Origin: an uncultured Pelagibacteraceae bacterium
GTDB lineage: Bacteria > Pseudomonadota > Alphaproteobacteria > Pelagibacterales > Pelagibacteraceae
Assembly (NCBI GenBank): GCA_902542795.1
Contig: CACBVP010000001.1
Span: 1 to 59,983 of the forward strand
Direction of reading: 5' to 3'
DNA length: 59,983 nucleotides
The number at the start of each line of letters is the position of its first letter. Positions within the stretch are counted from its first letter, which is position 1. Both the position numbers and the translations under genes were made by a program. The notes under the pieces were generated by a model that saw only the letters and a program-made list of their open reading frames with translations, was not told where the DNA came from and did no database searches. This document shows positions 1 through 11,994 of this stretch, in pieces.

Positions 1-234
1 ATATTAAATAAGATTTCAATATTTCATTCTTTAGGATTTCCTATATTAATTGGTACGTCTAGAAAAAGATTTATTAATCAAATTTCTGGAAAATATGATA
101 CTAAAGAAAGAATTGGTGGAACCTTGTCTTCAATAATTTATTCACTTTCACAAGGAGTAAAAATTTTTAGAGTTCATAATGTAGAAGAGGTTAAGCAAGG
201 TATCTTAGTATTTGAAAAATTATTAAACAAATGA
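1..234 (+). CDS. folP: Dihydropteroate synthase, C-terminal part (truncated by window edge)
   Basis: Frame 1 reads LGFPILIGTSRKRFI...GVKIFRVHNVEE (SRK and RVH motifs); TGA overlaps the glmM ATG; folP-glmM synteny. Confidence 0.92.
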   Translation: MLNKISIFHSLGFPILIGTSRKRFINQISGKYDTKERIGGTLSSIIYSLSQGVKIFRVHNVEEVKQGILVFEKLLNK

Positions 235-1562
235 AAAAAAAATATTTTGGAACTGATGGCATAAGAGGTACAGTAAATTTAGGCAATATTAATGGTGAAA
301 AGTTTTTTAAGTTTGGCTTAGCAGCCGGTACTTATTTTAAAAACCTAAAGAAAAAAAAACAGATAGCAATTATTGCTAAAGATACAAGATTATCAGGATA
401 TACTTTAGAACCAGCTCTCGTATCAGGATTGGCCTCAGCAGGAATGCATATCTTTACATTAGGGCCTCTACCAACAAATGGATTAGCAATGTTGACAAGA
501 AAAATGAGAGCAAATCTGGGAATAATGATAACAGCATCTCACAATCCTTTTCATGATAATGGGCTTAAATTATTTGGACCAGATGGAATGAAACTATCAG
601 ATAAAATTGAAAAAAAAATTGAGAGTTTAATTGACAAAAAAACCATTAATCAATTGTCAAAACCAGATTTTTTAGGAAGAGTTAAACGATTAGAAGATGG
701 AAACGATAGGTATATTAAAATTCTAAAGAGCAATTTTCCTAGTAATTTTAGTCTTAAAGGAATCAGGATAGTTTTAGACTGTGCTAATGGAGCAGGATAT
801 AAATCTGCTCCTAGAATTCTCTCAGATTTAGGCGCGAAGGTATTTTCAATCGGGATTAAGCCTAACGGTTTAAATATTAATTTAAAGTGTGGTTCAACTT
901 ATCCTGAACTTTTAAAAAAATATGTGAAAAAATTTAAAGCCGATATTGGAATATCTTTAGATGGTGATGCCGACAGAGTAATAATGTGTGACGAACAATC
1001 CCAATTAATAGATGGAGATCAAATTATTGCTATGATTGCCAAGAGATGGAAAAGAAAAAAAATTCTGAAAGGTGGAGTGATTGGAACTTTAATGTCCAAT
1101 TATGGTTTAGAAAAATTTTTTTTAAGAGAAAAGATTAATTTTAAAAGATCAAAAGTTGGTGATCGTTACGTTAAAGAATTAATGAAGAAAAAAAACTATA
1201 ATTTAGGTGGAGAGCAATCAGGACATATAATTCTAGGTAAATTTGCCACTACAGGCGATGGTCTTCTAGTAGCATTAGAATGTTTATTTGCTTTGAGAAA
1301 AAGAAAAGTAGCAAGTGAATTATTTAAAGTCTATCAGTCTGTGCCTCAAAAACTAGTTAATATAAAAGTAAAAAATAAAGAAATCATTAATACGACAAAG
1401 TGTAAAAAAGCAATTAAACTTGCAAATCATATTATAAAAGATCAGGGCAGATTACTTGTAAGGCCTTCCGGTACAGAACCAAAAATTAGAATTATGTGTG
1501 AATCTTTCAATTCTACTTTACTTAAAAGATGCATTAAAATTGTCAGAAGATCTATAAATTAA
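231..1562 (+). CDS. glmM: Phosphoglucosamine mutase
   Basis: YFGTDGIRG, ITASHNP, DGDADR, GGEQSGH, RPSGTEP motifs. Confidence 0.97.
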   Translation: MKKKYFGTDGIRGTVNLGNINGEKFFKFGLAAGTYFKNLKKKKQIAIIAKDTRLSGYTLEPALVSGLASAGMHIFTLGPLPTNGLAMLTRKMRANLGIMITASHNPFHDNGLKLFGPDGMKLSDKIEKKIESLIDKKTINQLSKPDFLGRVKRLEDGNDRYIKILKSNFPSNFSLKGIRIVLDCANGAGYKSAPRILSDLGAKVFSIGIKPNGLNINLKCGSTYPELLKKYVKKFKADIGISLDGDADRVIMCDEQSQLIDGDQIIAMIAKRWKRKKILKGGVIGTLMSNYGLEKFFLREKINFKRSKVGDRYVKELMKKKNYNLGGEQSGHIILGKFATTGDGLLVALECLFALRKRKVASELFKVYQSVPQKLVNIKVKNKEIINTTKCKKAIKLANHIIKDQGRLLVRPSGTEPKIRIMCESFNSTLLKRCIKIVRRSIN

Positions 1563-1565
1563 AAA

Positions 1566-2378
1566 ATGCGTTTAAAATCTAAAGTTCTTATAATAGCTGG
1601 ATCTGACTCTTCTGGAGGTGCAGGTATTCAAGCTGATATTAAAACTGTGACTTCTTTAGGCAGCTATGCCATGACAGCCATCACTGCTGTTACTGCTCAG
1701 AACACAACTGGGGTTAAATCTATTATTCCTATCCGTCCAAAAGAGATTTCTAATCAAATCGAATATTCAGCTAAAGATATTCGTCCTCATGCAATAAAGA
1801 TAGGCATGTTACACTCAAAACAAGTAATATTGGCAGTCAACAAATCATTAAACAAATTAAAATTAAAAAAAATTATATTAGACCCAGTAATGGTTGCTAA
1901 AGGTGGGGCAAAACTTATTAATACTGCTGCTATTTCATTTATTAAAAATATATTAATGAAAAAAGTTTTATTACTCACTCCGAATATACCAGAAGCAGAA
2001 ATATTATCAGGAATAAAGATTAAATCTCCCAAGGATATGATAAATGCTGGGAAAAAGTTAATTAAATTAGGTGCTAAAAATGTTCTTATTAAAGGAGGTC
2101 ATTTAAAATCTAAAATTATGATTGATATTTTAATAAACAAAAAAACAGTTAAAGAGTTTAGAAGCAAAAAATATAATTCAAAAAATACTCATGGAACAGG
2201 TTGTACTTTATCTTCAGCAATAACAACGTATTTATCATGTGGAAAAGATTTGATTAAATCTTGTGAGCTTGGAATTAAATATGTTAATGATGCAATCAAA
2301 ACTAACACTAATCTAGGAAAAGGAAACGGTCCGATCAATCATTTAAACTCTATTATTCTAAATAAAAAATTCAAATAA
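1566..2378 (+). CDS. thiD: Hydroxymethylpyrimidine/phosphomethylpyrimidine kinase
   Basis: [31 protein letters not shown]. Confidence 0.96.
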   Translation: MRLKSKVLIIAGSDSSGGAGIQADIKTVTSLGSYAMTAITAVTAQNTTGVKSIIPIRPKEISNQIEYSAKDIRPHAIKIGMLHSKQVILAVNKSLNKLKLKKIILDPVMVAKGGAKLINTAAISFIKNILMKKVLLLTPNIPEAEILSGIKIKSPKDMINAGKKLIKLGAKNVLIKGGHLKSKIMIDILINKKTVKEFRSKKYNSKNTHGTGCTLSSAITTYLSCGKDLIKSCELGIKYVNDAIKTNTNLGKGNGPINHLNSIILNKKFK

Positions 2379-3670
2379 TGAAAAATGTTGCAGTTGTAGG
2401 TTCGCAGTGGGGAGACGAGGGAAAAGGAAAAATAGTAGATTGGCTTTCAAGTGAAGCTGACGTAGTGGTTCGATTCCAAGGGGGTCACAATGCTGGCCAT
2501 ACACTGGTTATTGATAAAAAAGTTTTTAAACTAAGATTATTGCCCTCTGGTATTGTGAGAAAGGGTAAAATGTCTATTCTTGGAAATGGCGTTGTTATAG
2601 ATCCATGGGCTCTTTTAAGTGAAATTGATGAAATAAAGAAACAAGGTATTGATGTGACACCAGATAATTTTATGATTTCTGAAGCAGCATCGCTAATTTT
2701 ACCTTTCCATCAAGAAATGGACGAGATTAGAGAAGATGCCGCTGGAAAAGAAAAGATTGGCACAACAAGAAGAGGAATTGGTCCTTGTTATGAAGACAAA
2801 GTTGGTAGGAGATCAATTAGAGTAATGGATTTAAGATCAGAAACTAATTTAGACAGCAGATTAGAAAACGTACTACAACATCATAACGCTATCAGAAAAG
2901 GTTTAAATAAAAAAGTCTTTGAAAAAAATGCTTTAAAAAAAGAATTATTAAAAATTGCCCCAGAATTATTAAAATTTGCTCAACCTGTTTGGTTAAAATT
3001 GAGTGAATATAATAATGCAAGAAAAAAAATATTATTTGAGGGTGCCCAGGGAATTCTTTTGGACGTTGATCATGGAACTTACCCATTTGTAACATCATCA
3101 AACACTGTGCCTGCTATGGCTGCAACTGGATCAGGTTGTGGTCCTGACAAAATTAATTACGTTTTAGGTATTACAAAAGCTTATACCACTAGAGTAGGCA
3201 GCGGACCGTTTCCCACAGAGTTGAAAGATGAAATAGGTGAAAGTTTAGGTAGAAGAGGAAAAGAGTTTGGAACCGTTACAGCTAGAAAAAGAAGATGTGG
3301 TTGGTTTGACGGAGTTTTAGTTAGACAGACAATTAAAATTTCAGGAATACACGGTATAGCTTTAACCAAATTAGATGTTTTAGACGAACTAGAAGAAATT
3401 AAAATGTGCATTGGCTATGAAATAAGTGGAAAAAAAATAGACTATTTACCAGCAGCTTCGGAGGATCAGTTTAACATTAAACCAATTTATAAATCATTCC
3501 CTGGATGGAAGAGTAAAACGCAAGGTATAAGGAATTTCAGAGATTTACCTGATAATGCAAGAAAATATATTCATGCCCTAGAAGATTTTATTGAAGCAAA
3601 AATATCAAGCATATCCACTAGCCCTGAGCGAGACGATACAATTTTAGTTGAAGATCCTTTTGGCGATTAA
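2378..3670 (+). CDS. purA: Adenylosuccinate synthetase
   Basis: [40 protein letters not shown]. Confidence 0.98.
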   Translation: MKNVAVVGSQWGDEGKGKIVDWLSSEADVVVRFQGGHNAGHTLVIDKKVFKLRLLPSGIVRKGKMSILGNGVVIDPWALLSEIDEIKKQGIDVTPDNFMISEAASLILPFHQEMDEIREDAAGKEKIGTTRRGIGPCYEDKVGRRSIRVMDLRSETNLDSRLENVLQHHNAIRKGLNKKVFEKNALKKELLKIAPELLKFAQPVWLKLSEYNNARKKILFEGAQGILLDVDHGTYPFVTSSNTVPAMAATGSGCGPDKINYVLGITKAYTTRVGSGPFPTELKDEIGESLGRRGKEFGTVTARKRRCGWFDGVLVRQTIKISGIHGIALTKLDVLDELEEIKMCIGYEISGKKIDYLPAASEDQFNIKPIYKSFPGWKSKTQGIRNFRDLPDNARKYIHALEDFIEAKISSISTSPERDDTILVEDPFGD

Positions 3671-4563
3671 TTTGCAGGTAATAAATTTTTAGACTTACTA
3701 GCGTTAATCATTGATTTTTGTAATTTTTCAAACGCTTTAGTTTCAATTTGTCTTATTCTCTCTCTACTAATTTTATATTTTTTACTTAAATCTTCTAAAG
3801 TTTCAGGTTCTTCAGATAGTCTTCTTGCTGTAATTATCTCTTTTTCTCTTTCATTTAAAATTTTCATTGCACTCTCTAATAATTCCTTCTTGTCGTCATA
3901 CTCTTGCTTTTGTGAAACAATAAGTTCTTGATCTAAGCTTTCGTCAACTAACCAATCTTGCCATTCATCGGTTTCCCCACTTTTGATGGGATCATTTAGG
4001 GATTTTTCTTGACCCATCATTCTTCTGTTCATGTTTACAACTTCGTGCGACTCAACATTTAATCTTTTAGAAATCTCTTTAACTTGATCATCTTTTAAAT
4101 CTCCATCTTGATTAGGAGCAATTTGGTTTTTAAGCTTCTTTAAATTAAAAAAAAGTTTTTTTTGAGCAGTTGTTGTACCCATTTTAACTAAACTCCACGA
4201 TCTTAGTACATATTCTTGTATTGCAGCTTTAATCCACCACATAGCATATGTTGCGAGTCTAAAACCTTTATCCGGATCAAACTTCTTTACTGCTTGCATC
4301 AATCCTATATTGCCTTCTGATATCAACTCATTGACAGGTAATCCGTAACCTCTGTAGCCCATAGCTATTTTAGCAACTAATCTTAAATGACTAGTTACTA
4401 ATTTATGAGCAGCCTTCAAATTCCCATTATCTCTCCAATTTTTTGCTAGCATGTATTCTTCCTCTGCATCAAGCATAGGAAATTTTTTAATTTGAGCTAA
4501 ATAAACAGACAAACCTCCAACAGATGGAACAGGCAAATTGCTTATTTGATTTTTTTGGTCCAT
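3667..4563 (-). CDS. rpoH: RNA polymerase sigma-32 factor
   Basis: Sigma region 2 ([12 protein letters not shown]) plus RpoH box [10 protein letters not shown]. Confidence 0.96.
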   Translation of the reverse strand: MDQKNQISNLPVPSVGGLSVYLAQIKKFPMLDAEEEYMLAKNWRDNGNLKAAHKLVTSHLRLVAKIAMGYRGYGLPVNELISEGNIGLMQAVKKFDPDKGFRLATYAMWWIKAAIQEYVLRSWSLVKMGTTTAQKKLFFNLKKLKNQIAPNQDGDLKDDQVKEISKRLNVESHEVVNMNRRMMGQEKSLNDPIKSGETDEWQDWLVDESLDQELIVSQKQEYDDKKELLESAMKILNEREKEIITARRLSEEPETLEDLSKKYKISRERIRQIETKAFEKLQKSMINASKSKNLLPAN

Positions 4564-4593
4564 GACTTTTATTTATATATTAGATTACTTATT

Positions 4594-5574
4594 TCAACTG
4601 CTTAAATTCTCTAGCAAATTCAATATTTTTTTAAAACCGTCTGGCAATTCTGAATTAAAGTTTATCCATTTCTTTGTTTTGGGATGAACAAACCCAAGAG
4701 TTTTAGCATGCAATGCCTGCCCAGATAATTTATTTAACCCAACAAAAAAATCATTATTAATTTTTTTAAATTTTATATTTTTTTTTCCATACTGTTTATC
4801 TCCAAGCAGGGATGTTCCTTTATATTTTAAATGAACCCTAATTTGATGAGTTCTTCCTGTTTCTAATTCACATTCAAGTAAACTTATTTTAGGAATATCT
4901 TTAATATTGAAAACTTTAATGGTCTTATAGTTTGTAATAGCTTTTTTTCCATTAATTTCACTTACAGTCATTAACTGACGATTTTTTTTATCTCTCGAAA
5001 TTAATGTACTAATTTTTCCATTTAAAGGCCTGATAACTCCCCAAGCCAAACAGAGATATTTTCTTTCTATACTATGATTGCTAAATTGACAACCTAAATT
5101 AGAATGCGCTAAATTATTTTTTGCAATTACAAGTAATCCACTTGTTTCTTTATCTATTCTATGAACAATACCTGGTCTTAAAGGGCCATTAACGTTAGAT
5201 AGTTTTTTTTTATACTTAAATAGCAAAGCATTAACTAATGTATTTTCATAGTTTCCAGCACCAGGATGAACTACCATACCTTTTGGTTTGTTGATTACTA
5301 AAATTTCATTATCTTCATAAACAATATCTAGCTCGATTCTTTTTGGCTTAATATTTTGCTCATCATTTTCAATAATATTAATTGAAATTTGATCTTTAAC
5401 TTTTACTTTAGTTGAAGGTGAGGTGAGTATTTTTTTGTTGAGTTTTACTTGCTCTTTTTCAATTAATTTTTTTAAAAATGATCTAGTTAAATGACTTATA
5501 TTTTCGGTTAAAAAAACATCTAACCTTTGTCCACTATTATTTTCATTTACTAAAAATTTAATTGTATTATTCAT
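4594..5574 (-). CDS. rluD: 23S rRNA pseudouridine synthase D
   Basis: N-terminal S4 domain, VHRIDKETSG, TGRTHQIR; rluD-rpoH synteny. Confidence 0.93.
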   Translation of the reverse strand: MNNTIKFLVNENNSGQRLDVFLTENISHLTRSFLKKLIEKEQVKLNKKILTSPSTKVKVKDQISINIIENDEQNIKPKRIELDIVYEDNEILVINKPKGMVVHPGAGNYENTLVNALLFKYKKKLSNVNGPLRPGIVHRIDKETSGLLVIAKNNLAHSNLGCQFSNHSIERKYLCLAWGVIRPLNGKISTLISRDKKNRQLMTVSEINGKKAITNYKTIKVFNIKDIPKISLLECELETGRTHQIRVHLKYKGTSLLGDKQYGKKNIKFKKINNDFFVGLNKLSGQALHAKTLGFVHPKTKKWINFNSELPDGFKKILNLLENLSS

Positions 5575-5598
5575 AAATTAATTTAAATTAATAATATT

Positions 5599-5676
5599 GC
5601 GCCGGTAGCTTCAACTGGATAGAGCGCCGGATTTCGGCTCCGGAGGTTATGGGTTCGACTCCTATCCGGCGCACCA
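5599..5676 (+). tRNA. tRNA-Arg, anticodon UCG
   Basis: Acceptor GCGCCGG/CCGGCGC+ACCA; anticodon arm CCGGA-TTTCGGC-TCCGG; T arm GGTTCGACTCC. Confidence 0.92.
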
Positions 5677-5678
5677 TC

Positions 5679-6509
5679 TTAAGCAATCCAATCTTTAAAT
5701 TTTTCTTTATTTTCAAAAATATATTTTGGAAAACTCGCATCTATCTCTACAGCTTTATATTGTATTTTTCTTTCAAATAAATCTTCACCTTTGGCAATTT
5801 TTTCTTCAATCTTATTTTTATCAGTAAACTCTTTAAGATTATATTCTTGATGTGAATAAGATTTTATTTTTTGAATAATTGACTCTGGTTTTTTTAAAAA
5901 ACTAAAATGCCAACCTGCATTATTGATTAATTGAGGTTGTCTGTCACCCCAGAATTTCCAAAAAGGTTTTTTTTTAGTTTTTATATTTCTAAGCCATTGA
6001 GGTGATTTCAAATTTTTTTTTTGACAAATTTTAGTTCCAGGCCAAAAACCTTCGGTAATATTTAATAAATTTATCTTCGATTGAAAATTTTTTTGTAAAA
6101 AACATGCATATCGTTTACTTATATCGAATTCTTTAATTTTATCAGGATTTGGAATCTCATCTATATCTGAAATCATCACCCAGTCATCCGAATTACATTG
6201 TGACAAACCCCTAACAATAGCATTTCTTTGAAATTGATCTCTTATATGATTTTCATGCCAACCTTTTTTATTTGAAATCACTTTAATTGGAATATCATCA
6301 ACAATTACATACTCTATTTTATCTTTAAAGTTTGAAAATTTTTTAATGTCGAAATTAAGTCTCTTTTTTGATCCAGCATGATCTCTCGTGGCCTCACAAA
6401 TAATAAATTTACTTACTAAATTATTTAGAGTATTTAATCTTATATCTAAAATTAAATCTTCATCGAAATACATGAAGCAATCAAATATTTTCATTTCAAT
6501 ATCATTCAC
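5679..6509 (-). CDS. Glycosyltransferase family 17-like (beta-1,4-GlcNAc transferase-like); start may be 6494
   Basis: IFDCFMYFDEDLILDIRL, QRNAI, SDIDEIP, GWHFSF are typical of GT17. Confidence 0.75.
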   Translation of the reverse strand: MNDIEMKIFDCFMYFDEDLILDIRLNTLNNLVSKFIICEATRDHAGSKKRLNFDIKKFSNFKDKIEYVIVDDIPIKVISNKKGWHENHIRDQFQRNAIVRGLSQCNSDDWVMISDIDEIPNPDKIKEFDISKRYACFLQKNFQSKINLLNITEGFWPGTKICQKKNLKSPQWLRNIKTKKKPFWKFWGDRQPQLINNAGWHFSFLKKPESIIQKIKSYSHQEYNLKEFTDKNKIEEKIAKGEDLFERKIQYKAVEIDASFPKYIFENKEKFKDWIA

Positions 6510-7293
6510 CCATATTAATTAATGTCCCTCTATCTTTAGCTCCATTATAAGATATATAAAAGATAATTACCCCAAATATAAAATACAAAAAAGAGATTAA
6601 AATAGCTTTTGAAATTTTAAAATAATTAATGATGTCGTTAATAAGTATATTTCTCATTTCCTCAAAAATATGAACTAAAGGAAAAAATTTAGCTATAATT
6701 TGAAGCCAGCTAGGGAGTATTTCAATTGGATAATAGATACATCCTAAGGGTGCTAGAAAAAAAAGACTTGCCCAAGCAATGTTTTCAAATGAGGGACCAA
6801 ATCTAATCAAACCTGATGTTACCAATAAACCCAAAGTAACACCAAAAATATATAAACTAATTAATAAAAAAATTAATGGTGCACCTATTTTAAAAATAGA
6901 AACACCAAAAAAAGGTATGGCTAAGAGTGCTGCAGGAACTAGACCAATTAATGTTCTAATAATTGCTGTTAGTGTAAGTGCTGTGATTATCTCGCTTATT
7001 CTTATCGGAGCAATAAATAAGTTAGTAAAGTTCCTGCTCCATATTTCTTCTAGGAACATCATGTTATAACTAATACTCGACCTAAATAAGAAATCATAAA
7101 GAATTGCAGCACTTAAAATTATACCTACCGTGTTTTCAAAATATGAAGAATTTAAAGTAAAAAATTTTGAAATAAAACCCCAAAGAAAAATTTGAACGGT
7201 TGGCCAATAAATTAAATCTAATATTCTAGGAAATGATCCTTTAATTAAATAAACATGTCTCAAGCTGAGTGCCAATACCTTGTTAAAGTTCAT
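6502..7293 (-). CDS. ABC-2 type transporter permease
   Basis: About six TM segments, YYPIEILPSWLQ motif; adjacent to an ABC ATPase. Confidence 0.88.
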   Translation of the reverse strand: MNFNKVLALSLRHVYLIKGSFPRILDLIYWPTVQIFLWGFISKFFTLNSSYFENTVGIILSAAILYDFLFRSSISYNMMFLEEIWSRNFTNLFIAPIRISEIITALTLTAIIRTLIGLVPAALLAIPFFGVSIFKIGAPLIFLLISLYIFGVTLGLLVTSGLIRFGPSFENIAWASLFFLAPLGCIYYPIEILPSWLQIIAKFFPLVHIFEEMRNILINDIINYFKISKAILISFLYFIFGVIIFYISYNGAKDRGTLINMGE

Positions 7294-8014
7294 TTTTACT
7301 CCTTGCTATTTTTAAAAAAGTTTCCTCTAAATTTTGTCTCCCATGTTTTTTTATTAACTGTTCACAAGTTCCTCTATCAACTATCTCACCATGTTTCATC
7401 ATGACTATTTTATTGCATAGTCTTTCCACTTCTCTCATATTATGAGAAGCTAATACAATTGTAAGTTCATTATTTTTTTTATATTTTTCTATATACTCTC
7501 TAACAAAATCACCTACATCCGGATCAAGACTGGCTGTTGGTTCGTCTAAAAACAATAGTTTAGGTTTATTAATTAATGATTTTGCAAGCGCTACTCGATT
7601 TTTTTGACCCGAAGAAAGATCACCAGTTTTTTTATTTAAAAAATCTTTTATATTTAAATTTTCTATCATTTCATCAATTCTTTTTTCTATTTCAGTAACA
7701 CCATATAGTCTTGCGTAGACTTCAAGATTTTGTTTTACCGTAAGTTTTTTTGGAAGTTCTATATAAGGTGAAGCAAAGTTCATTAAACTTAAAAGTTTAA
7801 TTCTATTTTTAGGTTCTAGACAAGTATCGTTGATATAAATTTTACCGCTTGTCGGTGTAATCAGACCTAACATCATGCCAATTGAGGTAGTTTTACCGCA
7901 GCCGTTAGGGCCAAGTAATCCTAAAACAGTATTTTTTTCAATCTCAAAGCTAATGTTATTTACCGCAATTGTTGAGTTAAATTTTTTTATGAGATTTTGT
8001 ACTTTTAATTTCAT
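7283..8014 (-). CDS. ABC transporter ATP-binding protein
   Basis: GPNGCGKTT, LSSGQ, LFLDEPT, H-loop SH. Confidence 0.95.
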   Translation of the reverse strand: MKLKVQNLIKKFNSTIAVNNISFEIEKNTVLGLLGPNGCGKTTSIGMMLGLITPTSGKIYINDTCLEPKNRIKLLSLMNFASPYIELPKKLTVKQNLEVYARLYGVTEIEKRIDEMIENLNIKDFLNKKTGDLSSGQKNRVALAKSLINKPKLLFLDEPTASLDPDVGDFVREYIEKYKKNNELTIVLASHNMREVERLCNKIVMMKHGEIVDRGTCEQLIKKHGRQNLEETFLKIARSKNEL

Positions 8015-8971
8015 TTAAAACTTCGATGCTCTATTTATCCTATCATTTATCGCAATACCAGCACCGTACTTGGGAATTTTATTTATTTGAATTTTTTTAT
8101 AACCTTTATTTTTAATAATTCTAAACATTTTGTACAAATTTGAAGCAGCTAGAAATAAATTATTTTTTTCATTCAAGCTGAAAAAATTTTTTTTATTTTT
8201 ATGTTTATTTCCAATATAAATATAAGCACTTTTTCCATCATGTTTTTTTTGATTTATTAAAACTGGGATACCTGGTGAATAATGTTTTTTCAACATCCCA
8301 GGAGAAAGAACTTTACCTTTATTTCTATAAGTTAAAATTTTAGTTTTTAAAACTTTCTCAATATTTTTTTTATCTATAACTCCAGGTCTTAAAATTTTAG
8401 GAATTGAAGTTAGGTCTATAACTGTTGATTCAATTCCAATTTTGCATTTACCACCATCAATTATAATCTTTAATTTACTTTTGAACTCATCAAATACATC
8501 TAATGAGTTAACAGGACTGACATTGGTTGATTTGTTGGCACTTGGCATTGCTAAAGGGAAATCAGTTTTTTTTAAAATCGTTCTGGTAATTTTGTTACTA
8601 GGAAATCTTATTGCAACAGTTTTTAAATTTGCAGATACGAGAGGGTCTATTTTGGAGGTAATTTTTTTTTTTAAAACAAATGTAATAGGTCCGGGGCAGA
8701 ACCTTTTATATAATTTTTTTACATATTTATTTATTATTACATCTTTTTCTGCGTCTTTAATGTTGTGATAGTGAACAATTAATGGATTAAATCGAGGCCT
8801 TCCTTTAAGTTTAAATATTTTTTTAACCGCTCTTTTTGAATATGCATTGCCTCCAAGCCCATAAACTGTTTCAGTAGGTAATCCCACTAGACCTCTATTA
8901 TTTAAACTTTTAATTGTTTTCCAAAGAATTTTTTTGTTAAAAGTAAAAATATTTGAATAGCTATTTTTCAT
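8015..8971 (-). CDS. sua5: L-threonylcarbamoyladenylate synthase, Sua5 type (start corrected to ATG 8971)
   Basis: PTETVYGLG, KGRP..NPLIVH, PSAN, ILRPG, SPGMLKKHYSP (C-terminal SUA5 domain). Confidence 0.93.
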   Translation of the reverse strand: MKNSYSNIFTFNKKILWKTIKSLNNRGLVGLPTETVYGLGGNAYSKRAVKKIFKLKGRPRFNPLIVHYHNIKDAEKDVIINKYVKKLYKRFCPGPITFVLKKKITSKIDPLVSANLKTVAIRFPSNKITRTILKKTDFPLAMPSANKSTNVSPVNSLDVFDEFKSKLKIIIDGGKCKIGIESTVIDLTSIPKILRPGVIDKKNIEKVLKTKILTYRNKGKVLSPGMLKKHYSPGIPVLINQKKHDGKSAYIYIGNKHKNKKNFFSLNEKNNLFLAASNLYKMFRIIKNKGYKKIQINKIPKYGAGIAINDRINRASKF

Positions 8972-8991
8972 AATGTAATTATTATAAATTA

Positions 8992-9207
8992 ATGAAAATT
9001 GAAAATATTCCAGGTGACATAAAAAGTAAATCATTAAAAGAAGCCAAAGAAGAAATTAACAAAATACTTAGTAAACTTGAAAATCATGACTCAAATTTAG
9101 AAGAATATCAAAGTAATTATTTAAGATTAGTCCAATTAAATAAATATGTAGACGAACTTTTCAAAAAAAAATTTAAAGAAATTTCTAAAAGTAAAAACAA
9201 TGATTAA
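8992..9207 (+). CDS. xseB: Exodeoxyribonuclease VII small subunit
   Basis: 71-aa helical protein (SLKEA..EI..IL.KLE...NLEE); xseB-ispA-dxs synteny. Confidence 0.8.
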   Translation: MKIENIPGDIKSKSLKEAKEEINKILSKLENHDSNLEEYQSNYLRLVQLNKYVDELFKKKFKEISKSKNND

Positions 9208-10075
9208 AAAAAAACTTGTTAAAAATGCAAAAAAAATAGACAAATTTTTAATAAATTTTCTAAAAAAACAAAAAACATCATTTCTTGTCAAACCGATGAA
9301 ATATGGAGTTATTTCTGGAGGTAAAAAAATCAGATCAACAATTATTCTGGACGCTGGGAAGTTATATAATATAAACGAAAAAAAATTGATTAATATTTGT
9401 GCTGCAGTTGAATGTATTCACTCTTACTCCCTAATTCATGATGATTTACCTTGCATGGATAACGACTCGATTAGAAGAGGTAAACCATCTACTCATATAA
9501 AATATGGAGAAGCTTCTGCAGTTCTTGCGGGGAGTTCTTTGCTTACTTTAGCATTCGAAATAATTACAGAAAAAAAATATTTAGTGAATTCAAAAATTAA
9601 GAATGAACTTGTTAGATATTTAGCAATTTGTTCAGGACACACCGGTATTGCAGAAGGTCAAGAATTAGATCTTAAATTTGAAAAAAAGAGAAAAAAAATT
9701 AATCAAATTATTGATATGCAAAAAAAGAAAACAGGAAAGTTGTTTAACTTTTGTTTATATGCTGTTGCGACAATAGCAAATAAAAATAAAAAAGAAAAAA
9801 AACTTTTAAGCTCTCTAGGCGAAAACATTGGCTTGCTTTTTCAATTATCAGATGATTTTTTAGATAAAAGGGGCTCAAGTAAATTAATGGGAAAACCTGT
9901 TAAAAAAGATAATAAAAAAGGAAAATCAACTTTACTCAAACTTATGGGAGAAAAGAAAGCCTTTTTGTACGCGGAAAGCTTAAAGAAAAAAATATTGAAT
10001 AAATTAGCAAAACATGGAAAAAAAGCAGAAGAATTAATCAATACAATTAATTTTATATTTGAGAGAAAATTTTAA
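9200..10075 (+). CDS. ispA: Farnesyl diphosphate synthase
   Basis: [33 protein letters not shown]. Confidence 0.94.
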   Translation: MIKKKLVKNAKKIDKFLINFLKKQKTSFLVKPMKYGVISGGKKIRSTIILDAGKLYNINEKKLINICAAVECIHSYSLIHDDLPCMDNDSIRRGKPSTHIKYGEASAVLAGSSLLTLAFEIITEKKYLVNSKIKNELVRYLAICSGHTGIAEGQELDLKFEKKRKKINQIIDMQKKKTGKLFNFCLYAVATIANKNKKEKKLLSSLGENIGLLFQLSDDFLDKRGSSKLMGKPVKKDNKKGKSTLLKLMGEKKAFLYAESLKKKILNKLAKHGKKAEELINTINFIFERKF

Positions 10076-11994
10076 TGGGAAGATTAATAAAACAAATAAA
10101 TTTTCCAGCTGATTTAAGAAAATTCAAAAAAGATGATCTTAAACAAATTTCGGAAGAATTAAGAGACGAATTAATTGACGTAGTTTCTGAAACAGGAGGT
10201 CATTTAGGTGCTGGACTAGGTGTTGTAGAGCTAACAGTAGCATTACATTATGTGTTTAACACTCCAAAAGATAAATTGGTATGGGATGTTAGTCACCAAT
10301 GTTATCCTCATAAAATAATTACAGGAAGAAGAGATAGAATTAAAACTTTACGTAAAGGTGGAGGATTATCTGGGTTTACTAAAAGGACTGAGAGTGAATA
10401 CGATCCTTTCGGAGCGGCTCATAGCTCGACGTCTATTTCTTCGACATTAGGAATGACAGTAGCAAAAAAACTTTCAAACGACAAAAATAATGTGATAGCA
10501 GTAATTGGCGATGGAGCAATGAGTGCCGGTATGGCCTATGAAGCCATGAACAATGCAGGAGCTTTGAAATCAAAACTAATAGTAGTTCTTAATGACAATG
10601 ACATGTCAATTGCTAGACCAGTAGGGGCTATGAGCAATTATCTAGCAAAATTATTATCGGGCAAACTATATTTCAGTTTAAGGGAAACTATTAAAATGGT
10701 TATTTCCGCATTTTCAAAAAGATTTAGTCAAAAAGCTGGAAAAGCAGAGGATATGCTTAGAAATATTGTAACAGGTGGAACATTATTTAATGAGCTTGGT
10801 TTTTACTATGTAGGACCTGTAGATGGTCATGATGTAGAAAATTTAGTTCAAATATTTGAAAATGTAAAAAATTCTAATCATGAGGGTCCTATATTAATTC
10901 ATGTTAGAACTGAAAAGGGTAAGGGTTATAAGCCAGCGGAAGACTCAGGAGATAAATACCATGGTGTTTCAAAATTCAATGTTTCAACTGGAGAGCAAAC
11001 TAAATCAAAATCTAACGCACCTTCATATACTAAAGTCTTTGCAGAAACTCTAATCAAACATGCAGAACAAGATACTAAAATTATTGGTATTACAGGCGCA
11101 ATGCCCTCTGGAACTGGTATAAACTTATTTGAAAAAAAATTTCCAGACAGAACATTTGATGTTGGTATAGCAGAACAGCATGCTGTTACTTTTGCTGCTG
11201 GTTTAGCAACGGAAGGCTATAAACCTTACGCTGCAATTTACTCTACTTTTTTACAAAGAGCTTACGATCAAGTAGTTCATGACGTAGCGTTACAATCATT
11301 ACCGGTTAGGTTTGCAATAGATAGGGCAGGACTAGTCGGAGCTGATGGACCAACACATGCAGGTTCTTTCGATATTACATATTTATCAACTTTACCCAAT
11401 TTTGTGGTTATGGCCGCAAGCGATGAAGCAGAACTTGTTAAAATGATTAATACTTCAGTAAATATTAATGATCGTCCTTCAGCTTTTAGATATCCTAGAG
11501 GAAATGGGGTTGGAATAAATTTGCCTTCAATCAATGAAACTTTAGAAATTGGAAAAGGTAGAGTTATTCAAGAAGGCAAAAAAGTTGCTTTACTAAATTT
11601 TGGAACAAGGTTGGAGCAATGTAAGGAAGCTTCTGAAACTTTATTAAAGAAAGGTATAACGTGTACAATTGTAGATGCCAGATTTGCAAAACCCTTAGAT
11701 GAAAAGTTAATAATGGAAGTAGCTTCAAATCATGAAGTTTTAATTACTATTGAGGAAGGATCTATAGGAGGTTTCGGCTCTCATGTAATGCAATTTTTAT
11801 CTGATCGAGGAGTATTCGATAAGGGCCTTAAGTTTAGATCTATGATTTTACCAGATATTTTTATCGATCAAGATACTCCAGAAAAAATGTATGAGAAAGC
11901 AGGACTAGATAGCAAATCTATCGCAAGTAAGGTTGAAGAAACTTTAAACTCAAATATTATTTTTGCTAAAAGTAAAAATAAAAATATTAATTAA
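10075..11994 (+). CDS. dxs: 1-deoxy-D-xylulose-5-phosphate synthase
   Basis: [38 protein letters not shown]. Confidence 0.98.
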   Translation: MGRLIKQINFPADLRKFKKDDLKQISEELRDELIDVVSETGGHLGAGLGVVELTVALHYVFNTPKDKLVWDVSHQCYPHKIITGRRDRIKTLRKGGGLSGFTKRTESEYDPFGAAHSSTSISSTLGMTVAKKLSNDKNNVIAVIGDGAMSAGMAYEAMNNAGALKSKLIVVLNDNDMSIARPVGAMSNYLAKLLSGKLYFSLRETIKMVISAFSKRFSQKAGKAEDMLRNIVTGGTLFNELGFYYVGPVDGHDVENLVQIFENVKNSNHEGPILIHVRTEKGKGYKPAEDSGDKYHGVSKFNVSTGEQTKSKSNAPSYTKVFAETLIKHAEQDTKIIGITGAMPSGTGINLFEKKFPDRTFDVGIAEQHAVTFAAGLATEGYKPYAAIYSTFLQRAYDQVVHDVALQSLPVRFAIDRAGLVGADGPTHAGSFDITYLSTLPNFVVMAASDEAELVKMINTSVNINDRPSAFRYPRGNGVGINLPSINETLEIGKGRVIQEGKKVALLNFGTRLEQCKEASETLLKKGITCTIVDARFAKPLDEKLIMEVASNHEVLITIEEGSIGGFGSHVMQFLSDRGVFDKGLKFRSMILPDIFIDQDTPEKMYEKAGLDSKSIASKVEETLNSNIIFAKSKNKNIN

